Program-made: the position numbers and the translations under genes | The notes under the pieces: model-generated | Database searches by the model: none | What the model was told of the DNA's origin: nothing | The model's input: the letters and a program-made list of their open reading frames with translations, nothing else | Shown: one piece after another, positions 53,224-62,901 of the stretch | Position numbering within the stretch: the first letter of the stretch is position 1 | Layout of the letters: each line of letters opens with the position of its first letter | NCBI GenBank assembly: GCA_035471805.1 | Contig: DATIPS010000050.1 | Coordinates: forward strand, 9,244 to 73,243 | Source: Acidimicrobiia bacterium | Lineage (GTDB): Bacteria; Actinomycetota; Acidimicrobiia; Spongiisociales; JAHEDJ01 | DNA length: 64,000 bases | Direction: 5' to 3'

Positions 53224-54077
53224 TGGGTGCCTTCTTCGATGGCATCAAGGATGTGCTGGGATGGTTCCTCGGAGTGTTCTACGACGTCGTCCCGAACTAT
53301 GGGGTCGCGATCATCATGCTGACGATCCTGATCAACCTGGTTTTGTTCCCGCTCACCTTGAAGCAGACACGATCTACCAGAGCCTTCCAGACGATCCAGC
53401 CCGAGATCAAACGTCTCCAGGCCAAGTACAAGGACGATTCTCAAACGCTCCAACAAGAGATGATGAAGATACAGAAGGAGGCAGGGGCAACGCCGGGAGG
53501 GTGCCTGATTCCCCTCCTCGTGCAGATGCCGATCTGGTTCGCGTTGTTCCGCGTGCTCAGGGGAGCGGCGCTGGCCGACACGATCGGAGACTCGGGCATT
53601 CCAGCATCTTCCAGGCTCTACGAGGATCTGGTTGCGGGAGGAGGCCACTTCCTCGGTATGGAGCTGGGTTTCCATCCGTCGGACGTGTACTCGGCTGAGG
53701 GACTGGTTGCGACGATCCCCTATCTCCTCCTCATTGCCCTCATGGTTGGGGTTCAGTTCGTTCAGCAGTGGCACGCACAGCCGCGAGATGGTCGGCCGCA
53801 GGACAAGCAGGCCCAGCAGATGCAGACGATCACGAAGTTCATGCCACTATTCATCGGGTTCATCTCGTGGAGCTTCCCAGCCGGCCTCACCCTCTATTGG
53901 GCAACTTCGAACATCTTCAGGTTGGGCCAGCAGGCGCTCATCTTCCGTATGGACGGGCGGCCCGCTCCCCCGCCACAGAAGGAGGAGTCAAAGGAATCAA
54001 CGACGGAGGGAACCGAGTCGCGTCCGACTCGGTCGCAGGCATCCTCCAAGAAGAAGCAGAGGAGGAGGAGAAGCTAG
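53223..54077 (+). CDS. yidC: Membrane protein insertase YidC/Oxa1 (short actinobacterial type).
   Basis: ...IIMLTILINLVLFPLTLKQ... and the ...PLFIGFISWSFPAGLTLYWATSNIF... signature. Confidence 0.9.
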   Translation: MGAFFDGIKDVLGWFLGVFYDVVPNYGVAIIMLTILINLVLFPLTLKQTRSTRAFQTIQPEIKRLQAKYKDDSQTLQQEMMKIQKEAGATPGGCLIPLLVQMPIWFALFRVLRGAALADTIGDSGIPASSRLYEDLVAGGGHFLGMELGFHPSDVYSAEGLVATIPYLLLIALMVGVQFVQQWHAQPRDGRPQDKQAQQMQTITKFMPLFIGFISWSFPAGLTLYWATSNIFRLGQQALIFRMDGRPAPPPQKEESKESTTEGTESRPTRSQASSKKKQRRRRS

Positions 54078-55000
54078 TGGATTGGGATTGGATTGAGCTG
54101 AGGGGTAGGACCGTCGAGGTAGCGGTAGAGGCCGCCCTCGCGGAATTGGGCCTGGATTCGATCGACCTCGCCGACGTGGAAGTGATCCAGAGTCCCGAGA
54201 AGGGGTTTCTCGGGATCGGACGTTCAGATGCGATAGTGCGCGTCAGGGCGAAACCAAAGAAGCGCAAGCGCCGGCGCAAGTCGACGGGCGTCCAGGGCAG
54301 GAACGGCGCTTCGGGCGGCCGAGAAGGAAGGCCGGCGGGTGGAAACCGGGCAGGTCGAGGCCGGCAAGGTTCAGAGAAGCAGAGTTCGGCCGGCCAAGGT
54401 TCGCCGAGGCAGAGTTCGGGCAAACCGCAACGAAGAGACGATACGCCGAAGGCAGATGGAAGGGCAAGACGCCCTCGCCGCCAGGAGGAAACAATGGACC
54501 GCAGCGGTGCACCATCGCGCGAGAACAGCTCAGATGAGCCGGAAGCCACGATGGAGGAGCGGGTTCAGGTAGTCCACTCCTTCCTGGAGGGGCTACTCGA
54601 TTCATTCGGGCTCGACGGCGAAGTAAGGACCAGCGCCGAAGACGGCATCGTCCTCGCGTCTATCGACGGACCTCAGACAGAAGCACTGATCGGTCCAAGG
54701 GGCGCAATAATGCAATCCGTGCACGAAATCACTCGAACCGTTGCACAACGCAAGATTCGCGAAGGCACCAGGCTTCGTCTGGACGTCGCCGGCTACGCAG
54801 AGCGCCGGCGGGAGGCGCTCCAGATCTATGCGAGGCGCCTTGCAGAGCAGGTGATGGAGGACGGTGGCGAGGTAATGCTGGAGCCGATGAACCCCAGCGA
54901 CCGAAAGGTGATCCACGACACGGTAGGCGAAATCGACGGGGTGAGCTCCTTCTCCGAAGGAGAGGAGCCCCGCCGCAGCGTCGTGATATCGGCCGACTGA
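54078..55000 (+). CDS. jag: Jag/KhpB (EloR) RNA-binding protein with Jag-N, KH and R3H domains.
   Basis: GTG start after an AGGAGGAGGAGAAG RBS. N-terminal VDWDWIELRGRTVEVAVEAALAELGL (Jag_N), a basic low-complexity linker, and C-terminal R3H (...MEPMNPSDRKVIHDTVGEIDGV...). The track 5' extension overlaps yidC out of frame. Confidence 0.85.
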
Positions 55001-55035
55001 CGGTTACCTCACAACCGCCAGGCTGCAGCCAACTG

Positions 55036-55078
55036 AAACAAAGGGAGGGTCCGGCAAGTCCGGACCCTCCCTTTGTTT
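55036..55078 (+). terminator. Strong terminator hairpin after jag (19-bp perfect stem).
   Basis: AAACAAAGGGAGGGTCCGGcaagtCCGGACCCTCCCTTTGTTT. Confidence 0.75.
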
Positions 55079-55089
55079 CACGTGAAACG
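55074..55089. promoter_or_regulatory. parS: parS site 1 (ParB-binding centromere-like 16-mer).
   Basis: tGTTTCACGTGAAACg matches the parS consensus tGTTTCACGTGAAACa at 15 of 16 positions; perfect palindromic core. Confidence 0.85.
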
Positions 55090-55107
55090 TTCCGCAGCAC
55101 GCGGAGA

Positions 55108-55123
55108 CGTTTCACGTGAAACT
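55108..55123. promoter_or_regulatory. parS: parS site 2, 34 bp from site 1, abutting the rsmG start.
   Basis: cGTTTCACGTGAAACt. The two sites flank a smaller inverted repeat GTTCCGCagcacGCGGAGAC. Confidence 0.85.
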
Positions 55124-55759
55124 ATGCTGGTTCTCATGGAACAGGAGCTGAGAAGGCTCGAGAGGGTCACAACATGGGCCGGCGCCACGCTCGACGATGA
55201 GCAGATACAGCGCCTGGCTGCATACGCAACCTGGCTAACGGAGGAAGCCATTCCGGCCGGAGGGATTGGGCCGGATGAGGGATCCCGTATCTGGGATCGG
55301 CACATCTGTGATTCCCTGGCGTTTGCGGCCGCATGGAGAGACGGCCGGCCCGGGACCGCTGCCGACCTGGGTTCGGGCGTAGGGCTTCCCGGAATCCCTC
55401 TGGCCATCTTGTGGCCGGACACCAGGTGGAGCTTGATCGATAGGTCCAGACGAAGAGTCGAACTAGCCCGCAGAGCCATCCGAATCCTCGACGTCGACAA
55501 CGTTCGTGCGTACGCCGAAGACTTCAGAAGGCATCGCACAGGGCACGAGGCCGTCGTGGCCAGGGGGGTTCTTAGCCCACAACAACTCCTCGAGGACATC
55601 GGAGAGGTCCTTTCGCCCGGCGGGCGCATTGCTGTCGGCCTAACGAGGAGCGGGAGTGAGGAGAAGTGGACGGAATCCTGGGGCAAGGTCATCGAGGTTC
55701 CGTCCGAGGTCCTTGACGGCGGTGGAAAGATCCTTATCATTGACTCCCGTGACCGATGA
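55124..55759 (+). CDS. rsmG: 16S rRNA (guanine527-N7)-methyltransferase RsmG/GidB.
   Basis: ...RIWDRHICDSLAF...ADLGSGVGLPGIPLAI... SAM motif. ATG at 55124 is preferred by N-terminal length; an upstream TTG at 55073 is possible and would place both parS sites inside the ORF. Confidence 0.85.
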   Translation: MLVLMEQELRRLERVTTWAGATLDDEQIQRLAAYATWLTEEAIPAGGIGPDEGSRIWDRHICDSLAFAAAWRDGRPGTAADLGSGVGLPGIPLAILWPDTRWSLIDRSRRRVELARRAIRILDVDNVRAYAEDFRRHRTGHEAVVARGVLSPQQLLEDIGEVLSPGGRIAVGLTRSGSEEKWTESWGKVIEVPSEVLDGGGKILIIDSRDR

Positions 55760-56534
55760 AACACATGCTCTCATCGTTGCGATCGCCAACCAGAAGGGTG
55801 GGGTCGGCAAGTCGACAACCGCAGTGAACCTCGCGGCGGCTCTTGCATACCAGGGCCAACGGGTTCTACTGGCCGACCTCGACCCCCAGGGCAACGCAAC
55901 TTCAGGCCTCGGCATCGACAGATCCATGATCGAGGCATCCATGTACGATCTTCTAATAGGAGAGATAACGTTAGTTGACGTTGTGGAACCTACGAGCGTC
56001 AGGAACCTGCATGTTGTGCCGGCGACGATCGACCTGGCGGGGGCAGAGATCGAGCTCGTGTCGATGTTCTCTCGCGAGCTGAGACTCAAGAACGCCCTCA
56101 AGGATTCGGTCGGCCTCTACGACGTGGTGCTCATCGACTGTCCCCCGTCTCTCGGCCTCCTCACAATCAACGGTCTGGCGGCTGCCGACGAAGTATTCAT
56201 CCCGATTCAAAGCGAGTACTACGCGTTGGAAGGCTTGAGCCAACTGCTTCGCAACATAGACCTCGTGAAGAACAGCCTGAACCCCGAACTCGAAGTGGGA
56301 GGCGTGGTCCTCACAATGTACGACGCCCGGACCAGGCTTTCGGCCGACGTGGCGGCCCAGGTGAGGGACCATTTCGGGGATAGGGCATACAGGACCATCA
56401 TTCCACGTTCTGTACGGCTCTCAGAGGCGCCTTCCTACGGCGAACCGATCGAGTCCTTCGATCCGATGAGCCGCGGCGCAATCGCCTATCGGGAATTGGG
56501 CCGCGAATTCATTCAACGACACAAGACCGAGTAG
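55749..56534 (+). CDS. parA: Chromosome partitioning ATPase ParA/Soj.
   Basis: IVAIANQKGGVGKSTTAVNLAAAL (deviant Walker A), ...LIDCPPSLG...; GTG start overlapping the rsmG end. Confidence 0.92.
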   Translation: MTDETHALIVAIANQKGGVGKSTTAVNLAAALAYQGQRVLLADLDPQGNATSGLGIDRSMIEASMYDLLIGEITLVDVVEPTSVRNLHVVPATIDLAGAEIELVSMFSRELRLKNALKDSVGLYDVVLIDCPPSLGLLTINGLAAADEVFIPIQSEYYALEGLSQLLRNIDLVKNSLNPELEVGGVVLTMYDARTRLSADVAAQVRDHFGDRAYRTIIPRSVRLSEAPSYGEPIESFDPMSRGAIAYRELGREFIQRHKTE

Positions 56535-56545
56535 GGGAGGGAAGC

Positions 56546-57400
56546 ATGCCTGCACGCCGGAGCGGACTCGGTAGGGGACTCGAAGCCCTCATCCCACAAC
56601 GAGATTCGGTTGATCAGGGATACGCGGTTCTTGCGATCGACCACATCGAACCCAATCCCAACCAGCCGCGGGTAGCATTTGACGACGCTGCTTTAGGCGA
56701 GTTAACGGCCTCTATTGTGGAGGTCGGGCTCCTTCAGCCAGTAGTGGTCAGGCCTGTGGACGAAAACCGATACGAGCTGATCGCCGGGGAACGCAGATGG
56801 AGGGCGGCCCGTCGTGCCGGCCTGGTCGAGATACCGGCAGTTGTCAGGGCAACCGACGATCAAGGCACGCTGACGGAGGCCCTGATCGAGAACGTGCAAA
56901 GAGAAGACCTCGGTCCTCTAGAAGAAGCAGCCGCTTACCGACAACTCCTCGAGGACTTCCAACTCACCCACGAAGAGATCGGAAAGCGCGTCGGTAAGAG
57001 CCGAACCTCGGTGACCAACGCCATGCGACTCCTGCAGTTGCCGGCCTCAATCCAGGGGATGCTCGAACGTCGGGAGCTGTCCGCCGGGGCAGCACGCGCC
57101 CTCCTGGGCGTCGACGACTTGGCCTTCGCGGAACACATCGCGAAGCGGGCAGCAGAGGACGGATGGTCGGTGAGGCAGGTCGAGGACGCAGTGCGGGTGC
57201 GCGCCGGCCAAGCCGACGAGCAACCGCAGCAGAAGGTGAAGCAGGTTCGCCCGGTGGCCATCATCGAACTCGAGCACCGACTCTCCGAGCATCTGGGTAC
57301 GCCGGTCAACATCCAATACCGGGGCGACAAGGGCAAGGTAGTCATCAAGTTTTCGTCACTTGACGAATTAGAGCGGATCTATCGCGATTTCTACTCTTGA
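56546..57400 (+). CDS. parB: Chromosome partitioning protein ParB/Spo0J.
   Basis: ...IEPNPNQPRVAFDDAALGELTASI...LIAGERRWRAARRAGL... ParB box, plus an HTH. Confidence 0.92.
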   Translation: MPARRSGLGRGLEALIPQRDSVDQGYAVLAIDHIEPNPNQPRVAFDDAALGELTASIVEVGLLQPVVVRPVDENRYELIAGERRWRAARRAGLVEIPAVVRATDDQGTLTEALIENVQREDLGPLEEAAAYRQLLEDFQLTHEEIGKRVGKSRTSVTNAMRLLQLPASIQGMLERRELSAGAARALLGVDDLAFAEHIAKRAAEDGWSVRQVEDAVRVRAGQADEQPQQKVKQVRPVAIIELEHRLSEHLGTPVNIQYRGDKGKVVIKFSSLDELERIYRDFYS

Positions 57401-58359
57401 TTCGCGGCTTCCACGAAGAAGCCGTTGATCCCGGCAACGATCCCCTTGGCGATCTCCTTTCCCAACCGGGGGTGAGCGACCACCACCGCGGGGGAGCGGG
57501 TGTGTTTAAGGATCGGGGCGGCTCGACCGCCTGTCGGGAGATCGAGATGGCCGGCGATCTCGGATGCGAGAAGGGCTCCCGCCTCGCTCCTGCTGCGCGG
57601 CGTGGCGAAGAAGTAGACGCCCGGATCGTCCGCTTGAGGGTGCCGTAGCGAGACAATGAAGTCTGCGCCTATGCGGTTGGCTCGACGGGCCCGGATCGGT
57701 TCTGTCGTGTAAATGTCGACGCTGCGCGAGAAGGACGGCTTCCCGCCCATGACCTGGAAGATTCCGGCAGCAGCAGAGGCGGCTTCCCAGGCGGCCGCTG
57801 CCTCCGTTTCGTCCCTGCAGGACGGATCAAAGCATCCTTTGCTCCCAACGAGAGTCCGGGGAAGGTTTCTCATCCACTCTCGTTCGCGGACCGCCTCCCG
57901 TCCCGTCTTTCTCGTCGCCCTCCCCACGAGTCGAAGTTCCGCGATCACACCCGGACCAGCGATTCCATCGACGCCCAGGCCGCGGTTGTTCTGGAAGTCG
58001 GTCATGGCAACCGCCGTGTCGGGGCCGAATATCCCGTCGATCTTCCCGGCGTCGAAACCCAGAGCGTTCAACCTTCTCTGCAGCTCCTCGACGTCGTCAC
58101 CCCGGAGCATCGGGCTGCGGTGATATAGGATGCGGTCGCCGAGACGAAAGCCGGCCTCGTAGAGAGATCGCCATGTCTCCGAGCCGACGATCCCGTCCGG
58201 GTCGAGGCCGCGCGCTTCCTGGAAGGCGCGGACGGCTCCGGCGGTTCCCTCCCGGAACTCACCGCGTGGATCCGGGGAGCAGTCGAAGCCCAAAGACAAG
58301 AGCCGACCCTGGATATCACGGATCGGCTCGCCGGAATCTCCGATCCGATACAGCCGCAT
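57391..58359 (-). CDS. cwlM: N-acetylmuramoyl-L-alanine amidase-like regulator with two PG-binding repeats plus an Amidase_3 domain (CwlM-like).
   Basis: Two PG_binding_1 repeats (...VRAFQEARGLDPDGIVGSETW..., ...MTDFQNNRGLGVDGIAGPGV...), then an amidase_3-like C-terminus. Syntenic with Rv3915. Confidence 0.8.
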   Translation of the reverse strand: MRLYRIGDSGEPIRDIQGRLLSLGFDCSPDPRGEFREGTAGAVRAFQEARGLDPDGIVGSETWRSLYEAGFRLGDRILYHRSPMLRGDDVEELQRRLNALGFDAGKIDGIFGPDTAVAMTDFQNNRGLGVDGIAGPGVIAELRLVGRATRKTGREAVREREWMRNLPRTLVGSKGCFDPSCRDETEAAAAWEAASAAAGIFQVMGGKPSFSRSVDIYTTEPIRARRANRIGADFIVSLRHPQADDPGVYFFATPRSRSEAGALLASEIAGHLDLPTGGRAAPILKHTRSPAVVVAHPRLGKEIAKGIVAGINGFFVEAANQE

Positions 58360-58516
58360 CGCGTAAACGTATCACGTACCGACACGCTACAAGCATCGGG
58401 CGTGAGGAGCTCCGGCCGGGTTCCGATGCGGCCAGCTCATCCGGGAGGTCGACGTCGAACCGACGACACGGGGCGCGGCCACCCACCCGTACCCGTGCTG
58501 CCGCCCTCCTTCGGGC

Positions 58517-58840
58517 CTAGGCGATGAACTCGGCCAACTCCTTGAGCATCTGATGCTTGGGGCGTGCGCCGACGATGGTCTTCGCCTTCAGGCCGTCCTT
58601 GAACACGATCATGGTGGGGATGCTCATCACCCCGTAGTCGGCCGCGGTCTGGGGGTTCTCGTCGATGTTGAGCTTGGCGAGAACCAGCTTCTCGGAATAC
58701 TCCCCGGCGATTTCGTCGAGAATGGGCTCGACCATCTTGCACGGACCGCACCATTCGGCCCAGAAGTCGACGATGACGGCCTTGTCACCGGAGATAGCGT
58801 CTTTGAATGTGGCGTCGTTGACGGTGATGCTGTTTGTCAT
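58517..58840 (-). CDS. trxA: Thioredoxin.
   Basis: ...VIVDFWAEWCGPCKMVEPIL... WCGPC active site; 107 aa. Confidence 0.95.
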   Translation of the reverse strand: MTNSITVNDATFKDAISGDKAVIVDFWAEWCGPCKMVEPILDEIAGEYSEKLVLAKLNIDENPQTAADYGVMSIPTMIVFKDGLKAKTIVGARPKHQMLKELAEFIA

Positions 58841-58881
58841 GGGTCCTCCTCAGGATCTACTACGTCCGGCAGGGCGGAGCG

Positions 58882-59805
58882 TCAGTGCTGTTCGGCGAGC
58901 CAGCGCTCAGCGTCGATTGCCGCCTGACATCCTGTGCCGGCAGCCGTGATCGCTTGCCGGTATACATGGTCGGCGACGTCGCCGGCGGCAAAGATACCGG
59001 CGACTGTGGTGGCAGTCGAACCGTCTCCACGAAGCTTGATGTAACCGGCTTCGTCCAATTCGAGCTGACCCTCGAATATCTCGGTGTTGGGTGTGTGTCC
59101 GATGGCGACGAAGTAGCCGTCGGACGCCATCTCGGTCTCCACGCCGGTCAGGACATTCCGGATGCGAACTCCCGTCACCTCGTCCTCGCCGAGGACTTCT
59201 TCGACGACGGTATCCCAGAGAACGTCGATCTTCTCATGTTCGAGCACGCGCCTGGCCATGATCGCAGAAGCCCGGAACTCGTCGCGCCGGTGGATGATCG
59301 TCACTTTGGAGGCGAACTTGGTCAGAAACAGGGCCTCCTCCATTGCGGAGTCGCCTCCGCCGACCACGACCAGCTCCTTGTCGCGAAAGAAGAAGCCGTC
59401 GCAGGTCGCACAGGCGGAAACGCCGCGCCCGCGCAGTTTCTCCTCACCGGGAATGCCGAGCCAGCGGGCCGATGCCCCGGTGGCGATGATCACCGCCTCG
59501 GCTTCGTACTCGTCGGCGTCCACCCTCACCTTGAACGGGCGTGTGGAGAAGTCGACTTCGGTGACGTCGACCGTGTGGATGCGGGGGGCAAAGCGCTCGG
59601 CCTGCTTCCGGAACCGCTCCATGAGCTCGGGCCCCATGATCCCGTCCGGGAACCCCGGGAAGTTCTCGACGTCCGTTGTGATCATGAGCTGGCCGCCCGC
59701 CTGGCTTCCCTCGAACACGAGGGGATCGAGATCTCCTCGACCGGCATAGAGAGCCGCGGTCAGTCCGGCCGGGCCGGACCCGATGACTATTACCTTTTCG
59801 GGCAT
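58882..59805 (-). CDS. trxB: Thioredoxin-disulfide reductase.
   Basis: [21 protein letters not shown] (FAD), ...[18 protein letters not shown] (CATC redox centre), ...AVGHTPN... . ATG at 59805 with RBS; the track extends further 5'. Confidence 0.93.
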   Translation of the reverse strand: MPEKVIVIGSGPAGLTAALYAGRGDLDPLVFEGSQAGGQLMITTDVENFPGFPDGIMGPELMERFRKQAERFAPRIHTVDVTEVDFSTRPFKVRVDADEYEAEAVIIATGASARWLGIPGEEKLRGRGVSACATCDGFFFRDKELVVVGGGDSAMEEALFLTKFASKVTIIHRRDEFRASAIMARRVLEHEKIDVLWDTVVEEVLGEDEVTGVRIRNVLTGVETEMASDGYFVAIGHTPNTEIFEGQLELDEAGYIKLRGDGSTATTVAGIFAAGDVADHVYRQAITAAGTGCQAAIDAERWLAEQH

Positions 59806-59807
59806 GT

Positions 59808-60092
59808 TCAGTTTTCCTCTGGATCCTGAGTTCGCTTCCACCACATGAACGCACCACCGGCGACGAATAATCCCCCAACGACGCCGAAAGCGCCGGCGGC
59901 GGTCAACGGGACGGCCAGAGCGCGAATGATGGATATGAAGAGATAGATGACGGCGATGAGACCGAGAGTTGCTGCGACAAGGCCCAGCGCGGCGATCTTC
60001 AGTCCCTTACTTATGCGGTCGACCGTCATCTCGCGAACCTTGGTGGAGGTGCTCTCGAGAAAATCGGCGAACTTCGTGGCGAATTCGTCCAT
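59808..60092 (-). CDS. Small two-TM membrane protein of the actinobacterial Holin-X (Phage_holin_3_6-like) family.
   Basis: [61 protein letters not shown]...; its stop is 2 nt before the trxB start. Confidence 0.55.
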   Translation of the reverse strand: MDEFATKFADFLESTSTKVREMTVDRISKGLKIAALGLVAATLGLIAVIYLFISIIRALAVPLTAAGAFGVVGGLFVAGGAFMWWKRTQDPEEN

Positions 60093-60168
60093 AGGTCTAG
60101 AGACTAGCGGCGCAGGGAGAAGCCGGGCACGAGCCACGTAGCCCAAGGGCCTTCAGCAGAGCGCCCGG

Positions 60169-60990
60169 TCATTGCCCCGCGGTGAACTCGCCCAAGATCG
60201 CACAGTCTTCAGACGACAAAGCGGCTGCCACCGTGTCGCCGCCGGTCGCGTAGATGATCAAGTACGCCGGTTGCTGTTCGAAGAGGACCTCTGCGGCCAG
60301 CACCAACTCGACTTGATCGGGCAGATATCCGGAACAGCGGGCGGCAACCTCGTCCGAGAAGCCCGCAGAGCTTTCCAGCAGTTCGACGGGGGGTGTTGGC
60401 CCGGCGAGATCCTGCAGGTCGGCTGCGGTTATCTCGAGAACGGGTAGGCCGGCAACCGGTGCCGTGAGTGTGTGGTCTTCGGAGCCTCCTGCCGCCGAAG
60501 CCGCATCATCGGCGGCCGACTCGGCCACGCTCCGGCTCTCCTCGGCGGAAGAAGCGAGGGAGGGAGCCTTTTCCTCGCCGTCTCCCGGCCCATCCTGGAT
60601 GAGTTCGGCAGCCGCAGTGTCGAATGCCGTCATGTCCGAGGCGTCACCACCGAAGCCGTTGCCGAGCATCGCAACGGAAGCGAGTCCGACGACGGCAAAG
60701 CCTGCGGCCACCGCCGCCACACGCGGGGCGTAGCGGACGAGCCACCCGGTCCGGGGAGCAGGAGCAGCCTGACGCAGGGAACGGTGTAGCGATGCTCTTT
60801 CGACGTCGGTCATTGCGACGGGAGCCACCGAACGCAGCAGTTCGAGAACGTGGCGCTGTGCCTCGAACTCGGCGTTGCAGTCGTCGCACCGCGCGATCGC
60901 ACCCTCTGCCGTCACGGCTTGCTCGGGAGAAGCCGTGCCTTCGGCATGCGCCGCTATTAGGTCGAAATCGTGCTCATGCATCTTGATCAT
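60169..60990 (-). CDS. rsmA: Anti-sigma factor (RsmA-like: zinc-binding N-domain, one TM, extracytoplasmic C-domain).
   Basis: N-terminal H/C motif MHEHDFD...CDDCNAEFEAQ, TM VAAVAAGFAVVGLASVAML; start overlaps the sigM end. Confidence 0.7.
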   Translation of the reverse strand: MIKMHEHDFDLIAAHAEGTASPEQAVTAEGAIARCDDCNAEFEAQRHVLELLRSVAPVAMTDVERASLHRSLRQAAPAPRTGWLVRYAPRVAAVAAGFAVVGLASVAMLGNGFGGDASDMTAFDTAAAELIQDGPGDGEEKAPSLASSAEESRSVAESAADDAASAAGGSEDHTLTAPVAGLPVLEITAADLQDLAGPTPPVELLESSAGFSDEVAARCSGYLPDQVELVLAAEVLFEQQPAYLIIYATGGDTVAAALSSEDCAILGEFTAGQ

Positions 60991-61555
60991 CCCTTGGACG
61001 TCGCGAGGCGTCGTTCTGGTTCCGCAATATGTCGGCGAGAAGCCGCCGTCCCCTGAAGATCCGCGACTTGGCAGTTCCCGGCGGGATCCGGAGGATCTCT
61101 GCGATCTCCGAGATCGGGAGATCCTCGAGATCCGAGAGGATCACGGCCGAGCGAAACTCGTCGGGTATGCGACTCAGCGCGTGCTCGAGTTCGGGACGCA
61201 TCTCCGCCGATGCAAACCCGTCACCGGCAGCGCGATCGACCGGGTCCAGGTGTTCGGGGAGCCGGTCAGCCCGGCGCCGCTTCTCCTTCCGTAGCTGGTC
61301 GTAGCAGGTATTCACCGCCACGCGGTACAGCCACGTCGAGAAGGCAGCCTTTCCGGTGAAGCGGTCCGCTTTCCGGAACAGGGTCAGAAAAGTCTCCTGC
61401 GTAGCGTCGAGCGCAGCTTCGCGATTCGCCATGATGCGCATGCAGATGGAGAACACTCTGTCCTCGTGGGCGCGCACGATTTCATCGAAGGCGGATCGAT
61501 CGCCGCCAACGAATCGCTCAATCAATGCGAGATCCTCGCCGGAGCGCCCCGTCAT
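60974..61555 (-). CDS. sigM: ECF RNA polymerase sigma factor (SigM-like).
   Basis: Sigma-70 region 2 (...ATQETFLTLFRKADRFTGKAAFSTWLYRVAVNTCYDQLR...) and region 4 (...SDLEDLPISEIAEILRIPPGTAKSRIFRGRR...). Start is the ATG at 61555. Confidence 0.85.
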   Translation of the reverse strand: MTGRSGEDLALIERFVGGDRSAFDEIVRAHEDRVFSICMRIMANREAALDATQETFLTLFRKADRFTGKAAFSTWLYRVAVNTCYDQLRKEKRRRADRLPEHLDPVDRAAGDGFASAEMRPELEHALSRIPDEFRSAVILSDLEDLPISEIAEILRIPPGTAKSRIFRGRRLLADILRNQNDASRRPRDDQDA

Positions 61556-62853
61556 GGCCGGAAGCGTACTTCGCCGACGCTGCCGACATAACCACCTTCG
61601 GGGTCGGCCGGGATGTCGGTTAGCCAGAACAGCCAGTGCCCGTCGGTTCGCTCCGGCAACTGGATCGTCCCACGGCCCCCGCGTATCGACCCGCTCGCGA
61701 TCGGGGCCCAATCGTCGATATCCAACGAGAAGGCGGGAATCCACAGCAGCCGGAAGGACATCCGGTCGGCAGAACCGAGCAACTCGACGGAGGTCGGAGT
61801 TCCGGTCACCTCGAGCGCGAACCCGACGCCACTCTTGATGAGGGCGAGCGGGTCGCTGTAGCGCTCCGTCGACCAGGTGGTATCGACCTCCCCGTCGTTG
61901 AGGTTCGACAGGTCGCGATCGTGTTCGGTTCCGTCACCATCCGGATCGAAGACCCTCACACCGGTGATCGACACGATCGACGGCGTGATCGAGGGCGAGG
62001 TCGTGGAGGTGGTGAGCGTTGTACCGACGTCGGTCGCGGCGGGTGCAACGGGAAACAGGAGCGGGTCCTGGGGTTCCGTCTCGATCGAGCGGCCGACGAC
62101 GAAGAGGATGATCGCCACACCCAGGAGACCGGCGGCGGGCAGGATCCTTCTCCACGACCACAGACGATCTGATTCCGGTGGCTGGACCGAAGAGCTGGGA
62201 GCGGCGCGCAGCAGTTCGGCCAGGCCCGCCGCGTCCAGGTCGCCCGTTTGGGCTCTCCTGAGCACTCGGTCGACCCGCGGGGAGAGTCCGTCCACCACCT
62301 GAGACGGGGCGACGTCGTGTCCCGGAGCCCCGGTGATGGCGGTTACCAGCGCCTCTGAGAGATCCCGGACGTCTTTGCGGGCGCTCGCCCCCGCCGCATG
62401 CCGTCCGAATCCGGCCAGTTTGGCGGGGTGAGCCATCGAGAAGAAGATCGACCCCTCTCCGATGGCTCCGTGCAGCACCCCGCGCTCGTGCAGGGCCGCC
62501 AGGGCGTCTGCCAGCCCGGCGGCGTTGGGTAGGAACTCCTCGACCGGCATCGTTTCCCCGGCCCGCCGCCGATGTTGAAGAGTCAGTCCGCCCGACCACT
62601 CTGAGATCGAGTATGCGCCGTCGGGCAGGAGGTCGGCCGCGAAGATGGAAGCCAGGTGAGTGTGCGTGACCCCGGAAGCACCGCGTACCGCCTCGAGGAA
62701 CTCGGTACGACGTTGCTCGGTGGTCTCCGGCCCGACTATCCGGATCAGGACCGGCCTGTCCAGGGCGGTGTCGGTGGCCAGCCACTCCTCGACGTCTCCG
62801 TCGCGGCCGAGACGAACCTCGAACTGATATCGGTCGGGCAGGCGTGGTGGCAA
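61552..62853 (-). CDS. Pseudokinase + TM + extracellular-domain protein resembling the C-terminal half of mycobacterial MviN/MurJ (Rv3910), with no flippase domain.
   Basis: The kinase-like fold lacks the catalytic residues (VLIRIV, no Lys; HGA for HRD; AGFG for DFG). TM ILPAAGLLGVAIILFVV. A Thr/Ser-rich linker and a C-terminal about 150-aa domain. Probable TTG start preceded by GGGGG. Stop overlaps the sigM start. Confidence 0.7.
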   Translation of the reverse strand: MPPRLPDRYQFEVRLGRDGDVEEWLATDTALDRPVLIRIVGPETTEQRRTEFLEAVRGASGVTHTHLASIFAADLLPDGAYSISEWSGGLTLQHRRRAGETMPVEEFLPNAAGLADALAALHERGVLHGAIGEGSIFFSMAHPAKLAGFGRHAAGASARKDVRDLSEALVTAITGAPGHDVAPSQVVDGLSPRVDRVLRRAQTGDLDAAGLAELLRAAPSSSVQPPESDRLWSWRRILPAAGLLGVAIILFVVGRSIETEPQDPLLFPVAPAATDVGTTLTTSTTSPSITPSIVSITGVRVFDPDGDGTEHDRDLSNLNDGEVDTTWSTERYSDPLALIKSGVGFALEVTGTPTSVELLGSADRMSFRLLWIPAFSLDIDDWAPIASGSIRGGRGTIQLPERTDGHWLFWLTDIPADPEGGYVGSVGEVRFRP

Positions 62854-62901
62854 GGAAACCCCCGGGTCGACTTTAACGGGCAGGGCCGGTCACGGGACGC
62901 A

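Noticed and set aside
53768-54077. N-terminal 100 codons of the 410-aa track ORF for jag.
   Set aside because: They overlap the yidC C-terminus in another frame. The GTG at 54078, after an AGGAGG RBS and the yidC stop, gives the canonical Jag N-terminal domain.
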